NCBI GenBank assembly: GCA_965644295.1
Contig: CBFFRP010000422.1
Coordinates: 1-50,264, forward strand
DNA from: Paraphysomonas bandaiensis
Taxonomy: Eukaryota; Protista; Chrysophyceae
Direction: 5' to 3'
DNA length: 50,264 bases
Of the stretch, positions 23,196 to 37,000 are shown in pieces; the first letter of the stretch is position 1, and the number at the start of each line of letters is the position of its first letter. The notes below the pieces were generated by a model. That model ran no database searches and had not been told where the DNA came from. It saw nothing but the letters and a program-made list of their open reading frames with translations. The position numbers were made by a program, and so were the translations under genes.

Positions 23196-23518
23196 ATAGT
23201 ACTCTCCCAATAGTTATAATCTTACACAGTTGTCAGGCTTATACAGAGCCAACGGTCATCAATAATTAACCACGATATCTGGTGTTCTGTATTATACACT
23301 TTTATATATTCGCATCTAAAGTACATAAATAAGCCGTGTACTCTCTATCTACATCAGACAGACAGCCAAAGCTATAGTACAATGGAACATTGAAATCGCT
23401 GGCCACGCACTACTATCAGAACTGCAGCCAAACTAGTCATACTCGACTACGCAATACTTTAGGTTTCCAAACACAAACACACATATTAAAATACAATTAG
23501 CACCACCGCGTTCATAGA

Positions 23519-25837
23519 TCATCTTTTCACCATTCTCTCTGGAATTGGTGCTCTGTCATCCTCTGCCCACATTTCAACAACCTCCTACATGTGTATAGTC
23601 ATCCTAAATAAAACCACTCTCAAATAGAATACTCACACTCATAATGGAATTGATAGTAAGCTTCTCGGATGGAAGAGGACCGTCGAATAACCCAGTCACT
23701 GCAGGGGATAGTTGTGTGTCTCCATGTCTTGCCGGTGCAGACGTTGGAGGAGGAAATGTTGTAGGAGACGGCGAATTTACCATTTTTACTTTCTCGTAGT
23801 TGTGATTTCTTGCGTTCTTCTTGTTCGACGATTGTGCCGAGATTGCCCCTAATTCAGTGAGCTCAAGTGTGCTACCACTCTCCTCATCATCCTCAGCCAG
23901 ATCAAAGAGTTTATTGAGTGTGCTCTCCTTCCTCGTATGCTCCAGGTTACTCAAAACCTGTATAGCAGTTGCTACTCCGAGAGATATCATGGAGGCCGCT
24001 TGTAGCTCCTATATCATGAGCACACACGGGGTTACTATTTCTAAAAAGGAGATATGATTCAACTCACTTCGGGTTTTTGTTTGTCCATCGGCTGAATCTC
24101 TACGTCCAAGCCCAACCGCGAGTCGAATGGCGACTGCACTCCCATCATGGTAAAGCACCGTTTCTCAGTACCAGATTTGTCGTAAGAAATGCCTTCCCCG
24201 TGGAGCTGGTTTAAAGAGCATTTAAAAACAGACGTATGCGCACCAGTCAGAATATCTGTAATGTCCCCGACCGCTACACTATCTTCAGTTTCCTTTAGCA
24301 CTCCAGCCTCCAGTTTATAAAACAAAAGACGATGCCTGGGCTGCTTTTTGTGTCGATCTTCATCTCTGAGGTCGTCATCCAGAATCATGAGACGCTTTAT
24401 TCTCCTCGGACGAACACTACCTGGAATCATGAAGTGGATTACCACCCTCACACCTTCTATGAGGATTCTCTGAAAAGGACCACTTTCACTGAGGGCCAAG
24501 CGTACCGCCATACTCGGGCGCCGCTTCTTTGTCAAGTACAGAGGCTGTACAGGGGACTGCCAGGATGGGCGACGGAGTGGAACCATTGGGACATGTCGCT
24601 GTGGTGTACGAGCGCCAGAGGCAGGACTACGACTGCCAGAGCGCGTTGGAGAGTTTTCGTCAGGTGTGCACGTGCTACTCCGAGCAGGAAACGGGGAACC
24701 TTCAAGAGATGCCATACTTGGACTCTGTAACAATGCCTCCACCGGTGTCATTGTACCATCACCACTACCCTTTTCTTTTCGTACTCGCTCTGCATGCATT
24801 TCGTCCAGTACAGAGGGCATGTCCATGGTGTTCTATACAGTAAATAAGAATAGTATTGCCAAGAAAGAACTACGAACCTGCTCTATTTCTAGAAGCATTT
24901 CCTGTAACAGCTCAGTGTTCAACTCTTCTACTTGCACAGTTGAAGTTATAGACGAGCTTGAGTTCGTGCGGTCCATTTGTGGTCGCTCGGAAATTAATTG
25001 TTCACGCTCTCTCTCTTGCTTGAGTATTTCTAATCGAGAACCAGCTTTTTGGAGGGCAGACCGGGAGTTAACTCGGTCAAGCATACGTCTCTGGGTAGAA
25101 GAAAGTGTATCAACATCTCCAGATCGCGCACCGTCGATTGCATAAAATGCTTCGAAAATAATCATTTGAGGAATTAGTTCGTCGAGGATACAGTCCACAA
25201 CGCATGTGCACTTCTGTTCGAGTGAGAATCGATGGTAAGTATGTGTTGTATCCGTGGAATCAGAGTGTACAGAAGAAAAGCTCCCGGCCTTAGATGTGAG
25301 AGTCCGAGCGGATTGGGATGAGTATAGTTTACGTGGGGATGGGGGAATTTTCTCAGCGCCCTTGAGGTCGTTCATTGATTGTCGTCGTCGGGCCTTGTCT
25401 TCCTCTACTTGTACTGGCTGGGATACGCTGGCATCGGCTTTAGTCGGAGATGAACTTTCGCTTTCGTTGCCTTCTGACTCAATCTCGCGGACAGAACTTT
25501 GTCTTCCAAAAGAGAAGTTTCCAGATAGCCCCGCTCTGAGGAACCTGAGAGACGACATCCTTAGGAACTTCGTCTCCTGTTTATAGACCCATCTGCCCCT
25601 ATCACTTGAAGGAACTATCTTACCAGAGGATCCACGGACACTGAGGCCGAAGTCATGCAGGCGAAAGAGGATGTCCAGGGACCGGGCGGGTGTTTTTTTA
25701 TTGGATGATGCGTGAGTGCTCTGAATGGCATCTACTCGAGAAAGTTCTTTATACACAGATAGACTGCGGCGCTCAGAGGTAAGCACCAGAGAAAACGCGC
25801 AAGCAAGGTGCCACAGATGGTCGTCCTTGCGGTCCAT
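23519..25837 (-). CDS. Uncharacterised multi-exon protein with a PH-like domain and Ser/Pro-rich disordered regions
   Basis: Consecutive minus-strand ORFs joined by short introns. LIEGVRVVIH..RLLFYKL..SVAVGDITDILTGAHTSVFK..RCFTMMG..LDVEI resembles a PLC/Mcp5-type PH fold. The start is uncertain. Confidence 0.6.
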
Positions 25838-26252
25838 GGAGAACACGGAGAGTAGGTGGGTGTATCAATATATCAATACATTGAGCTGCTCACATATACA
25901 GCATACGTACAGCACATACTCCTCCTGAATAAATACAGAGCAGAGTACAGCCCTGCAGCTCTCTCCATGAATATACACGTACAACGAAATTTAACGGGCT
26001 ACAAACCATACGATATACCAATCAAATTGCCCTCTCAGGCACCTATTGGCCATGAACACACCAACCACTCAAAGTAGTGTGATATACAGCACAGTATTCC
26101 AGCATGTCTTCATATGCATATCGTGTTGTAGTTTTATATGAGCCACAATACTCTTCAGACTGTGGAAGAACGACTAACACTTGAAGCTACCTTCTCCATA
26201 GTGAACCGGTGTGTTGTGTTGGTAACGTTCCTATCATTTGGAGTTATATACA

Positions 26253-27483
26253 ATGGGAAGGACTTCGAAAGACAAGAGGGTATACTCTGATGCTTCCAGT
26301 GGCCTCTTGTGACTGTTGCGTAGGATATATATTACCGTAAAGCAAAAGAGGTGGGGTTTCGAGCTAGATCTGCATTCAAGCTACTCCAAATTGATGAAGA
26401 GTATAACCTTTTTGATGGCGTCAAACGTGTTGTGGACTTATGCGCAGCACCTGGAAGCTGGAGTCAAGTTTTATCTAATAAGCTATATGAGAGTGCCGAA
26501 GAAGCGACTGAAATGTATGCATTTTTATCTATCATCGCTGTTTCTGAATATATGACGTAGAGTTGAACGTGGGCATCCGCGGATTGTGGCCGTTGACCTT
26601 CAGGAAATGGCACCTATACCTGGTGTCGTGTGCATACAAGGTTGACGTAAATTACTGATGTCGGTTTATTTCGCTGATGATGATACAGGTGACATCACAG
26701 CACAAGCCACGGCAGAGCAAATCATTGAACACTTTGAGGGCGACTTAGCTGACCTGGTCGTCTGCGATGGGGCGCCAGATGTGACCGGCCTCCACGACCT
26801 CGATGAGTATATGCAGGCCCAACTACTCCTCGCTGCTCTGAATATCACAACAAACACACTGCGAGTTGGAGGTGGCTTTGTTGCCAAGATATTCCGAGGC
26901 AAGGATGTATCTCTATTGTATTCTCAACTTCGGTGCTTCTTCGAAGAGGTATGACTCATGGCAATGCTCAGTGTCTATCTAACCTGCGATAATATTTTCT
27001 CAACGTAGGTCACTGTGGCAAAGCCAAAGAGCAGTCGCAACTCAAGCATTGAAAGCTTTGTGGTTTGTCGTAGATTCCATCCCCCCGAGGGATTTGTTCC
27101 TTCCATGGACAAACTTCTACAGTCTCACTCGTAAGTTACCGAGCACCATCTTTGTCTGAATAAGCATAGCATACGCAGTTACTAACATACTGTTATGTTA
27201 TGTATTTAGATACGGTGCTGATAATGAGATGGTGGGCATGTCAAACGTCATCGTTCCGTTTGTTGCCTGTGGTGATCTCTCTGGATTCGATTCAGATAAA
27301 TCTTATCCCCTCCAACTCACGGCAACACCAGATGCGGGTTCCATGTCAGCTGGAGAGACAGAGGGGGAATATGTATACAGCTATAGGAAGCCGGTACAAC
27401 CCCCCATCAACCCAAATTACCACACGTACCAGACCGAACACAGTGTGCATAGTCAACAGCGGTCTGGAAAGGCAACTGTTTGA
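26253..27483 (+). CDS. TRM7: tRNA (cytidine32/guanosine34-2'-O)-methyltransferase, multi-exon
   Basis: MGRTSKDKR|[114 protein letters not shown] (FTSJ1/TRM7). Confidence 0.95.
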
Positions 27484-27884
27484 GTAGCTTACGATGGCTG
27501 TTTTTTTTGTGAGGCTGGTTTATGGGATAGATATGAACCTATATAGCGAATCGGGGTACATTGTATAGTTAGTTGTATTGCTTTGTGCGTCGAATTCTGG
27601 GATTCTTGTATTAAGCATTTACAATATACATTATTCACTGTCAAATAATCTGAAGTACCTGGTGTGAATTGAGCATTCGCACTGAATGTAAAGTCGTTGC
27701 GATGTCGTTGTATAGTAAAGTACTGGCTTCTCTCTCCATACCCTATTCAAAACTTTCTAGTATTAAGTACCTAATCTAGCATAGAAAGACATTCTCCTTT
27801 ACAAAGTTTTACAACAAATGTATCATGCGGATTTCGGAGAAGTATGATCAAGAAAGTATCATGATCTAGCGAGCTGGTTGATTA

Positions 27885-28156
27885 TGTTGGAAATTGCTCA
27901 TTTTAAGCTAGCACATAGAGAATTTGTCGTAAGACTAGATAGATTTATTAATAACGTTTACACGAAGTTGTGATAAACAACACTAACTCATTTTGATCCA
28001 TGCGAACCTCTCGTTACTGAACATATCTTGAAAGATCAAACTATTTCAGCTTCTCAATATCATCACAGCATTAGTACATCACTATTTCACTGTATTCTTG
28101 TACATTGTGTTCAAGTGACATACTGAATATACTAGAATCAAATCCATATTCTAATA
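27885..28156 (-). mobile_element. Solo LTR of the Copia family at 5692-11199
   Basis: Diverged 272-bp copy of the LTR (one ~21-bp deletion plus substitutions) with 5-bp TSD GATTA (27880-27884; 28157-28161). Confidence 0.92.
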
Positions 28157-28602
28157 GATTAAAACCCCTGTGACACATTTACGTAAGAACTTTCATGTAC
28201 TAATTTATTATTTATGTACTCATTTACACCCCTGTCGAGTATAGCTATATTGAGTAATGAAATTCTGTCAGAAGTGATACACTATGATATAGTTAAGACA
28301 ATCTGAAATATATTGATTGTCTAAGATCGTGCCTATCTGAGATATGATAATATTGATTGGAAATTGGAAGTAGTCAGAATAGATAACTTTAGTGAATGAC
28401 AATGAATGATGCGAGATGTTACTTATAGTTTTACAAATAGATTATTGTGTGAGTTCAACCTTCAGATGCTTATGTTTTACCCATCCTAATACACCCCATA
28501 TTAGATATTTTAGAATTGTACTGGTAAAGAGTAATATTAAAACATTAATATCTGTTAGAAATTATGCTTCTTAGAGAGCTAAGAGTATATAGTAGTAGCA
28601 CC

Positions 28603-29164
28603 CCCACAACAAAGTCGGACTCGTACCTTTTCGTCGTGTTCTGGGGGATAAGTACCGGAGATATTTCTCCGAGAAACTTTCGTGAGCCGCATCATATATA
28701 TAGTCAGCAGATACTTTTCTTCCCACTCATAGCCGAATGGAGTACAAGGGACACTAATAAGTGTAACTTGTGTATACGTCATTGGGCCTTGACGAATAAA
28801 CAGGCATCTGGGAATGGACCCACCTCAAAGGAATCCGGGGTATTGGACTGCCTGCTGAAGTCAAACATCCGGGATGTTCACCTAGAGGACTCAAAACTCC
28901 TGAACTCAGCAGATATCAGGTATATCAACATTTTGCATTGGCACGAGTTTTTAACGCCTATTGCTAAATAACAAGACTTTCAATATAACGTTCTGCATGA
29001 TCATGGCGTTTGCTGAGAATAATGGATGGAGCCTTTGAATGATATAGCGAAAGAGGTTGCACCTTGGTGCTTGCGTTAAGTAGTAGATAGTAGGATATCA
29101 GAGTTAAGCATTGACTCTTAAACGTCTATTGCTAAAAATAAGACATTCATTACATTTACAACAG
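28603..29164 (+). mobile_element. Short retroposon copy with two tandem 3' ends
   Basis: 5' ribozyme-like head (28601-28689). First 3' end ..CCTATTGCTAAATAACAAGACTTTCAATAT (~28986) and second 3' end ..CTATTGCTAAAAATAAGACATTCATTAC (~29153). AGTAGCACC direct repeats at 28594-28602 and 29165-29173. Confidence 0.78.
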
Positions 29165-29347
29165 AGTAGCACCACCTTGTCTTTGTTCGAACTCATAATG
29201 CAAAAAAAGGTTTAGAGGAATGATAGACAAATAACTACACTTATGTTACATTAGTTTACAAGTGCGCAGTTTAATACAATTTTTTAGGATTCAAATTCGC
29301 ATACAGAAGGTTCAAGGGAGCACACTGCTTCGAATTAGTCGTTTACA

Positions 29348-30268
29348 TCATTTTATACCGAGCGCTGCCAAACGCTTGGCTCGTATTCGCTCTTGTTCTG
29401 ACATTGGTTTTTCCTGCTGCTGTGAATCCTGCATGGAAAGCCGTATTGCAAGAGCAAGCTCATCATCTTCGCCTAATTCTGTTGGGGGGATGGTGTCTCC
29501 GCCGAGCCGTCGCCCACGCCCTTCTAGGAATACATTGGGTGTACCACCACTACCAGTTCGTTTGTCAGACTGGAGCAGAACAGATTCTCGATAATATGCT
29601 GGGCCCATACTCGCGCCACCATGTGTACCGGATGCAAAAGACAAATCTCCTCTTGCTACAAAAACTGAGTAACCTTCTGCAGCAAGTTGCCCCAAGTAAG
29701 CTGTCAGGTAAAAACTCGACACTGGCACAGGCCGTTCCAAGGTGCTGTTGAGATCCCACCACTTACCAGCTATCTTACGGATAGTAAACCAGTGTGATGA
29801 GCGGTTGACAATGAATCCCTCCTCACATTCAGATGGATCACCCTCAGACTGCTTAACAGACCACGGTTCCAGCGAGATGTTATTCACATTGCTAAGGGCA
29901 CTCTGCAGTACTTGCACAGAAAAATTTCCAGAGGCGTCGACGTTTCCAGATTCTTCAGCAAGAAACTGTATACAGCGTGATATCGGGTTAAATATAATTT
30001 CCATATTCACACACTTTGATGGCGTCAGTGGTGTCGGTCCCCCACTCCATCATGCACCTTCTCTCCTTATTATCGAATTCGTGAGCAATATCCGCCAAAT
30101 CTCCCGCAGTAAAGACGGGGTACTGTAACAAATTATTCAAACAATGTTGGCCACCTGTGATGCAAAGTGATCAGTACCTGCCTGCATACATACACAACCC
30201 CTACATAACATTGACTCCTGTCGCTCATGATATATCCACACCTCGGAGTCAGAGGAAGTGTAGTTCAT
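29348..30268 (-). CDS. ATXN3: Ataxin-3-like Josephin deubiquitinase
   Basis: IYHERQESMLCGQHCLNNLLQ (intron splits the catalytic Cys codon), NVDASGNFSVQVL, FIVNRSSHWFTIRKIAGKWWDLNS, UIM EDDELALAIRLSMQ, and C-terminal ERIRAKRLAAL (p97/VCP-binding-like). Confidence 0.92.
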
Positions 30269-30419
30269 GCTGATGTATTTATTCGGGGATGGATATGATA
30301 GGAATGAGTTCCCTCGAGGTAAATGAGTTAACAGAGATAGATTCTAAGAACCTCACGCACAGAGCACCCCACTGCTGGATATAACAGTCACCTTCCTCAC
30401 ACCGATGTCTGTATGTACA

Positions 30420-30726
30420 GTATGTATGTATGTATGTATGTATGTATGTATGTATGTATGTAGGTAGGTAGGTAGGTAGGTAGGTAGGTAGGTAGGTATG
30501 TATGTATGTATGTAGGTATGTATGTATGTATGTATGTATGTATGTATGTATGTATGTATGTATGTATGTATGTATGTATGTATGTATGTATGTATGTATG
30601 TATGTATGTATGTATGTATGTATGTATGTATGTATGTATGTATGTATGTATGTATGTATGTATGAATGTATGTATGTATGTATGTATGTATGTATGTAGG
30701 TAGGTATGTAGGTAGGTAGATGTATG
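30420..30726. repeat. Compound (TATG)n/(TAGG)n microsatellite, ~305 bp
   Basis: Read directly. Confidence 0.97.
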
Positions 30727-31019
30727 TGGGTATACCTGGTATACCGTGTATATTTGTGCAGTGCTGTGTGGGCGGTGTGTGTGGAGCTTTCTGTCTAGAT
30801 GTGTGCCAATGGTACTGCGGTACAGTGCTGTGTGTTGTGGTATGATGCTACAGTGTTGCAAGCCATTTCAAAGCAAAGGAAGAATGACATGCACTTACAG
30901 ATCAAGGATCTTGTAGCATTTTCAAACCCCACCTCTCTGTAGTGATACCTGTGATTGTAATTGCCGAAGTTGTTTATCAGTATAAGATTCTGAACAATTA
31001 ATTCTAGTTTAAGAACAGC

Positions 31020-34000
31020 ATGAGCGAGGAGAGGAAGCAGGAGCAGGACAGTTCCACTGATCGGCTCTCTGATGATGAGGTGCATTATTATTATAGAAAT
31101 AAGTTGAAGTTATTTTTTTGTCAGCTTCTGCGAATACTAGAAAGTGGGAATGCGTCCGCTTTTCCTCCAGAGTCTGTGGGCTCAGAGCTGCGCAGAAATA
31201 TCGAGCTTAAAGAGAAGTTTTGTAAGGTAGAGTTATTATTCGGCTCTTGATATCTTCATAATAGATTTTGTAGCTTTTTTGTTACTATAAATGTCCCTCA
31301 CCGGCGTCTCGAGAGAAGCTCAAAACAGAAAGAGTTGCGATACACCCAAGTAACAAGGAGGAACCGTTGCCTGGAGGAAAACAAGCAGTTGGATTAGCTA
31401 TTGCGATTTCGTGAGTATCTTGCTTACGTTATTGTGATTTAGTATACTTCTCCTGCATGTGATACTGCAGTACAGTTAATGTGTTTTCTATTATCATATT
31501 GGATTATCGTAATGCAGTGCTCATTGCATGTGTTAGATCTGCGCTAAACATTGATGAGATTCAAGCCACGGTTTTACTACATGAATATCTTCCATATGCT
31601 ATAGCACGTGATGAAGTTAAAGCTATTGACAAGTCGTTTTATACATCTTTGGAGAGCGTATGGAAGGTGTCTGCCTTCCTAATTGAGTCGCAAAGTACAG
31701 TATGGCACTTGTTGCAGGAGTTGTTACGCATAGACTCGGACAGCACGCATGTTTACCATGGTGATGTCGCAGAGTATTTGACGGTTCTGATTGAAGGGTA
31801 AGGAAGTTGTTTTGATGACGTTTCCTTGTGTGGTAATAATTGTGCTTTGGGCTGTCGTATATTGCTTTATGGCGGTAACGAAATCTGCACTCATATTTTA
31901 TCCGTATTTTTAGTGGTCTTCTGGATGCCGTGCTAGATTCCGTGGATAGTCTCTATAAATGGACGTATAAGGCTCCTTGTGTACGTACATATATATCTCC
32001 TCATTATCTCCAAATAATGCGTACTCGTGCATGTAGCAAAATGACTTCGACGCAATAGATATTTCTACACCAGATTTTTGTCACTTTAGGGCTCAACATA
32101 GTGCGTCCTTGGCGGAGAACGTTATCAGACAAACCGAGAAGGCTTTGGAGACTTTAGTGCTGTTAATGTACAGAAGATTCCAAGATGTTTCTCTGGCTGA
32201 GTTTGAGAAGTTGATAGATATTGGTTCTCTTGGACAGTTTAAATTGCCTCGCCATGTAGGTTTTGTTAAGCATGCCGTGATTGTTTGTGTGATCTCATTT
32301 TATCGATGACTGTGTAGGCCATCAGTATCTTGACTCCCAGTTATTCCCTAGCTACAAAGAATAAGTTGGCAGTTGAATTGTGCAACACTGCTCAGCGTGT
32401 AGAGTTTAAGTGGGTGATAGTTTTTGCAGAGTTAATGCAATATTGGCGAGTTCTGAGTGAAAATAGTGAATACAGGGCTCACCCGTTTTTGAAAGATGAA
32501 GGTGTGTAGTGTAATAAAGACCGTGTGTGCAGTATGTGTTGTAGTATACAATATATCATTGATGTACGGTGTGTATATATTCGTTCTATTATTCTGCGTA
32601 TAAATATTTCTCAGTGTTGTATGTCATAAACTGATATCCTATATGTTCTTAGGATACACCTCGTTGACATTAGACTCAATCGATACAAAGCTATCTAAAC
32701 TCTGTATGTGCGACTCAATCAGCCAGATGCAGGAATCATCTGGTTGTCATGTGATTTCTCTGATGTGGGGAGTATATCTTCGTGCATTTGCGGCCAATTC
32801 ATCAACACAGGCGGTGTCAAAGTACATTGGACTAAAGTTTGAGAATTATTTCTGCCATATGTCGCAATCGTTGGAGTATTTAGTCCTGTTATGTGATAGC
32901 GTTTTGCAGCGACCCACATATGCTAAGCGTCCGATATTTGATAGTTCTGATGTTGGTGACGTCTTTGAAGATGCATCGCGAACACACGTGGACACAGTAG
33001 TGTACTGTTTAGTGCTGCAGGAATATGTCAATGTGTTGATAGATTATTTCTGTGACAGTCAAAATATGCGTTATATTCACCCTATTACCCGCCTGATTGA
33101 GTTAATCTATCGAGGTTGTGGATCATTGTGCCAGGCAGGCTTTTGGGACCGATGGGTGTCGTGTGTGCATGTCGCAAGCACGAATCAAGAATTGCCTGAG
33201 CAGTCCTACCCAATATGCAGACTAGTTAAGTTTCTGATTGAAACATCATCCCAGGCACCACAATATTTAATTTCTATTTTGAATGCTTTGATATGTTCTA
33301 CTGAGAGTAGTCTTGAAGTACTAGTGCTATTAACCCAACAAACTACAATAATATCCACTGTTTCATGTTCGCACCTCCAAGTGGCTACGGGTAGACATCC
33401 CACTGGGGAAATACAGTGGCAGGATCCTTCTGTCTACTTTGGTCAGTCACATAAAAGACAAGGCAAGATGTCCTTAACGAACGGACTAGTGCAATACATT
33501 ACGCCAGGTGGAGGAAATTCAACGCAGAGTCTCATATCTCCTTTCTCTGGCTGTTTAGGTCGTGTAATCGAATACTCCGACACGAATGACAGTTGTGTTG
33601 TCAACTGGGATGCCCATGTAAAGTGGCTTGCATATGTACTTTACGCCATAGAGCGGGCTGCAGTGGACTTCCATCCATCGAGCCAGAACTCTGTTTTTGT
33701 AAACTCCGTTTATTTAATGGCGACATTACTTCATTACCAAAGCTATAATGCCGTAAAGTTGATTAAAGACGAATGGGAACAGATGTGTTTCGTTTCTTAT
33801 CTTCGTCAAATGAATGCTTTATCGCTTTACAATGTACTGTACAGGATGAATATATCTGTACAGGATATGAAACGTGATCAGAGGAGTGTATACGAATCTC
33901 TACTCTCGTCTGGTGTTGACGAGGACCTTGCATATGGAGTTGTAAATAACGCAATGAAATTGTACTGTCCTAGATTGTTCTGTACGGATGAAAATTGTGG

Positions 34001-37000
34001 GCTAATAATCGAATCTGTTGTTGGCCTTGTGACAACTCTTTGTGAGTACCTATCGTCGAATACACTTGCCGAAGGAGATAATGTGGAGAGTCTGCATTTA
34101 CTTGCTGGGGCTTTATATTTTCTGCGTTGTATTGTTCTAACACCATTTCCCTCCTGTCAGCAAGCTCTTCATGTGATGAAGGCCATCACTGTGAGACATG
34201 ACTTGCACGAATCGCAGGGATTGTGTGGTGTTCTCTTCAGAGTGGTTGCCTATACAGAAGGATCTTCAGGGCAGCACATGGTCACGAAGCAGGCGTTCGA
34301 TTTTTTCTCTGCCTTAATTTTAACCACCCAAACTCCTCTTCCGCCTGCTTCTAAAGGCTTGTATCATTTATTCCAGAAATTTGATATTGACGGCAATGGA
34401 ACAATATCTAGGGAAGAGTTACAGTTGGGTCTACGTGAAATTGGTCACGACGTTACGATCGGTGCTATTGATAAGCTCTTTCAAGACATTGACGTGACTT
34501 CAACCACCTCTATTCACTACTCACAGTTATTTCAATATGCGACAGCTAATTGCGTCGTTGCGAAAAACGATACCAATTCTGCTTCTGGACGTCCTACCCA
34601 GTACATGTCGGACATAGATAGAGCCGAACTTGGGTTGAAATCTCTGTTACAAGAAACTATAAGTCCGAATAGCATGGGGAATTATGCTTTATCAGAACTA
34701 GTGACAACTTCTGTTATGAGTTATTGTATGGACTATTTTACTCACATGAATAGATGGAAGTATACGAATACATGTCATAAGCTATCTTTAGCCATCTCTT
34801 GTGTTAAAACCTTTTCTATCATGTTGCACAATTCATCTGCAGAAGTACCAATGATTGTTCAACGGTGTAGCTCAAAGCAAGCAGCGGATATGTTGCTTCG
34901 ACGATTCAATGGCGACCAAGAGTTTCAATCTGCTCTTCTGAGTGCTTGCCTTCAGCTAGGAACTTCTGCTATATATCCTGATTTTTCATTCGCGAACCAA
35001 ACTTCATCACGTTCCTTGCAAGCGTTTATTGGTCAACACAAGAACGATTTATCTGGAGAAGATTCTGCCAAGTTTCGACCAACAGTTTTGCCTGTAAATT
35101 ATGGCTGTGCGTTGCATTACACCCCTGCCCTTGAACTCGAACTCGTAGAGTCGCTTGCAGAGTCTACCCTCACTTTTTTTGAGAGAATAATTGACTACTC
35201 TGTTCACAACAGTGACTACCAAGAGAGTGCATATCGCCTATGTGAGCTGATGTTTTACAGGGCTGATTCAACAGCAAATGGAGTGTTTGGTCAGATTGCG
35301 AAGCAGTCTCGTCATGCACATAGTGTGAAGCGCCTCGATATGCAATGCAGCTATTTGTCACTGTTGTGTGCTTTTATCGATTACCCTTCACCACCTAGCG
35401 AACCCTCAATACAGCTGTCTTCTAACATTCCACAGGTCGCAGTCAGGCTTTTAAAAAGATTTTTGGCAACAATGTGTCATTACAAAGAGGAAGCCGGGAG
35501 TAAGAGTAAATGGTCATTTGTTGATGGACTGGGATCGCAAAATATGCACTCATTTTGTCTGTCGCTTTGTGAGTGGCTTAAGAGCAAGGCTAATGCTGGC
35601 ATCAAGCATGCTATACTAGAAGTATTAGTGCTGCTGTGTACACATGAGCCATTAGCGGTGGTACTTCTATTAAATGTACCGATTGATACGGATAAATCAT
35701 CTGCTAGTGAGGAGAAAGTACAATCGAGGAAAAAGTCATTGGTTAATCATACGCCACCTGAACGAAGCGCCCTTGTTCAAACTATCGAAAAGCTCCTTGA
35801 GAAGCCTGAAGATCTATATGAAAAAAACCCATCCATATTGCACAAATTACTCGAAGTTATTTTAATGCTCATTGACCAGAGCGCCCATCTGAGCATTGGA
35901 AATGTGGTTCTGTACTTGTGTAAAAACAAAGTCTTTTGGGATCATGTCACATTTCCCCTTATGCAGGACTTGCCCCCCCCACCTGATGTTACTTGTTCCA
36001 ACACGCCTTCTGTCGACCTATCTGCTGAATCTGCGAGATATTGTTTTCGTTTACGTATTCATGCGACTGCATTGAAAATTCTTGCTCGCGAGAGGTTTGG
36101 GTCTCTATTTTACATCGATGAAAGTGATATGGCAGAGCACCTTGGAAAATCAGATCGAAACCCTCATGCTATCGCCGAGATGGTAGAGAGAAATGTCGAT
36201 AATTTCTTTGAGCGAGCGAATGACTCCAGCAGGTTCTTATCATGGGTGAAGCATTACATGCGGGTAGACATATATCCTCAGTTGCAGCGTGACACTGAAA
36301 AATTTGGACGGACAGTTGGGTTAAATATTGGTAGTCTCGTATCGCAATCACACTACGGTGCTGGTACAATGCCGCCTTACGGAGGATCTTATATATACTC
36401 CTTAAATACACTCCAGGCATTGTCAGACAAGTATTTGGAGATTCATGAAATAACGCAGGGCGGAGGAAGCAATGTAGAAGAGTGGAAAAATATCATCGAC
36501 ACCGTCTCCAGACTCAACTGCATGTGGTCTATTGCTGATACCCAGGTAGTAATATTTTATTTTGTGTGTATTTCTATCAGGCATTGCGGTCATAATGTAC
36601 TATGGATATTCAACTAACTCTGTAGGTGACGAATGTATTGTGTAGGTCGTTTTGTTGCACAATTGGAGGGAGTTCATTGAGGTTTATGTACAGCCATTGC
36701 CGAATAGACCGAAATCTTACTATAAATACAAAATGAAAACGAAGTCATGCCCCGAACGTGGGGGGATAGCAGATGGGGAAGGCCCCAAAGATTTTTACAG
36801 CAGTGACGAGGATATTCCATGGGCCCCTCATTCGCTCCCACTGTCCCAATCACAACTTTCCGGTATGCACTCTTGCGTCTATTTTTATCGTTTCCGTCGT
36901 GTGTCCTCTGACTCACGCATATATTCATTAAATATTTGCATAGTGTCACCGTATTGTAGATTAATGAGAAATATTATCACAGGGGCACAGTCACCAACTT

